DNA of 64,000 bases. Source: Monocercomonoides exilis PA203. Its lineage: Eukaryota; Protista; Preaxostyla. The position numbers and the translations under genes are program-made. Shown here piece after piece: positions 62,665 through 64,000 of this stretch. The stretch lies in assembly GCA_001643675.2 (NCBI GenBank), contig LSRY02000025.1:992001-1056000 (forward strand). The letters run 5' to 3'. The notes under the pieces were generated by a model. The model was not told the DNA's origin, ran no database searches, and saw only the letters and a list, made by a program, of their open reading frames with translations. Numbering within the stretch: the stretch's first letter is position 1; each line of letters begins with the position of its first letter.

Positions 62665-64000
62665 TTGTTTTATATTTTTTATAAAAACATTTAAAGGGGG
62701 ATCACAAAATCTTCAATCTTTTATAAAACAAATAAAAATCATTTTAACAAATATTCACAAAAGCAAAATAGTTTATATTGAATATTGTTTTTTTTATAAC
62801 AAATGATTTTTTTTTAATTTTGAGGAAAATATCTGATTTGTTTGTTCAAAGACGAAAGCACAAGAAATTTTAAAAAATATATTTTTCGAAAAAAAGAAAT
62901 ATTTATTGTTCTTTTCGAAAAGATTTGCTCAATTGTTTTTCATTCAAAGTGAAAAAAAAATAAAAAATTAAAAAAATTAAAAATAAAATAAAAATAAAAA
63001 AAAAATAAAATAAAAATAAAAAAATTTTTTTCAGGTTTTTCCAATATTTTGAACATTGAAGATTTCTTGAAATCTATATTCGAGTGTGTGCTTTTATGAA
63101 AATATTGAAGGGGCAATGTTATCAAAAGAATTTAAAAATTCGTAATTGTTTTTGATTCTGATTTTCAGGGAAAACAAAGAATACGGTTTTTAATTTTTTG
63201 TTTGTTATTATGAGAAAGTCCTATTACTCTTTGAATTCCTGTGTTTGAAGCTATCAAAGTTATTAACAAAGAAAAGTTTCTTTTCTAACAGCTAATTGAA
63301 ATTTAAAACTCACATTTTGAGTCACAGTTAATTTACTCGATATTCTTATAATGCAATATTTCATTGAAGCCTTCATTGAACATATTTCAAAATTTCAAAA
63401 AATTGTTACACTAATTTTCAGAAAAATTAACTCTAACTGGAATTAGAATTTTCCTGAATAATGTTCGTTTAAGATTAACAATAAATATATAAAGTGTTTA
63501 TATTCGAATGATTCTTTTTTATTTCATATTATTTTATCATAATTTTCAAGCAAAAAATTTGTCACAAAAAAATTTGATATTTATCAAATGTTTTGGTTTG
63601 AAATAAAGAAGTTCTTTTCTGTATTTATGTTATTCCATGTGTTTGAAAATCAATGATTTGAAAACATATAACACTTCTTTGAAAAGGATTTTGCAAATTT
63701 CTGTAAACCAGAAAGTTATTCATTCACCGAAAAAATGAATGAAAATGAAAATAATCACTTTTATGGGTGAATATTTTTGAAATCATATATATTCGTCTAA
63801 AAATTAAGGTTTGAATATTTGTTATGAATATTCATAAATGAACCCTGAAAAGTTATAGATCATTTTTGTTAAGCCTCAACTATTTTAACATGTCAAACTT
63901 TGGCTCTTGAAACGATTATTATGCATTCAACATTCGGCTGATAATTATTTAACTAATGAAGAAAAACCTTTATATAATCAACGCACCGAAAAAAGTTATG

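Noticed and set aside
1-64000. Genome-wide UAR=Gln genetic code
   Set aside because: Intact genes end in TAA right before AT-rich non-coding DNA, and long Gln-containing ORFs have almost no internal TAA/TAG.
1-64000. CRISPR arrays, rRNA, tRNA, telomeric repeats
   Set aside because: No regularly spaced repeat-spacer array, cloverleaf or rRNA signature recognised.

Overview
AT-rich eukaryotic (protist) DNA. The gene-family style (Cys/Ser-rich GGA[I/L/V] beta-helix surface proteins, short AT-rich GT-AG introns, many decayed low-complexity ORFs) suggests an oxymonad such as Monocercomonoides; this is inference. Ordinary genes sit at the edges: a phospholipase B-like gene running off the left end and a multi-pass membrane protein at the right. 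Two copies of a ~5 kb direct duplication lie ~53 kb apart, each with a surface-protein gene that has a constant-variable-constant layout. Between them are pseudogenes and mobile DNA: a structurally complete ~6.06 kb DIRS-type tyrosine-recombinase retrotransposon (termini and internal complementary region resolved), a decayed pogo/Tc5-type transposase, several MITEs and two long palindromes. The most unusual part is 33-46 kb. Long inverted repeats bracket (i) an intron-containing Sola-like DDD transposase with a ubiquitin-specific protease (peptidase C19) domain inserted into it, catalytic motifs intact, (ii) a divergent paralog that keeps the N-terminus and USP but lacks the transposase core, and (iii) a ~140-nt GC-rich, G-U-supported, pseudoknotted RNA-like structure starting 4 nt after the transposase stop codon. 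All family calls come from motif recognition by eye; no database search was run.
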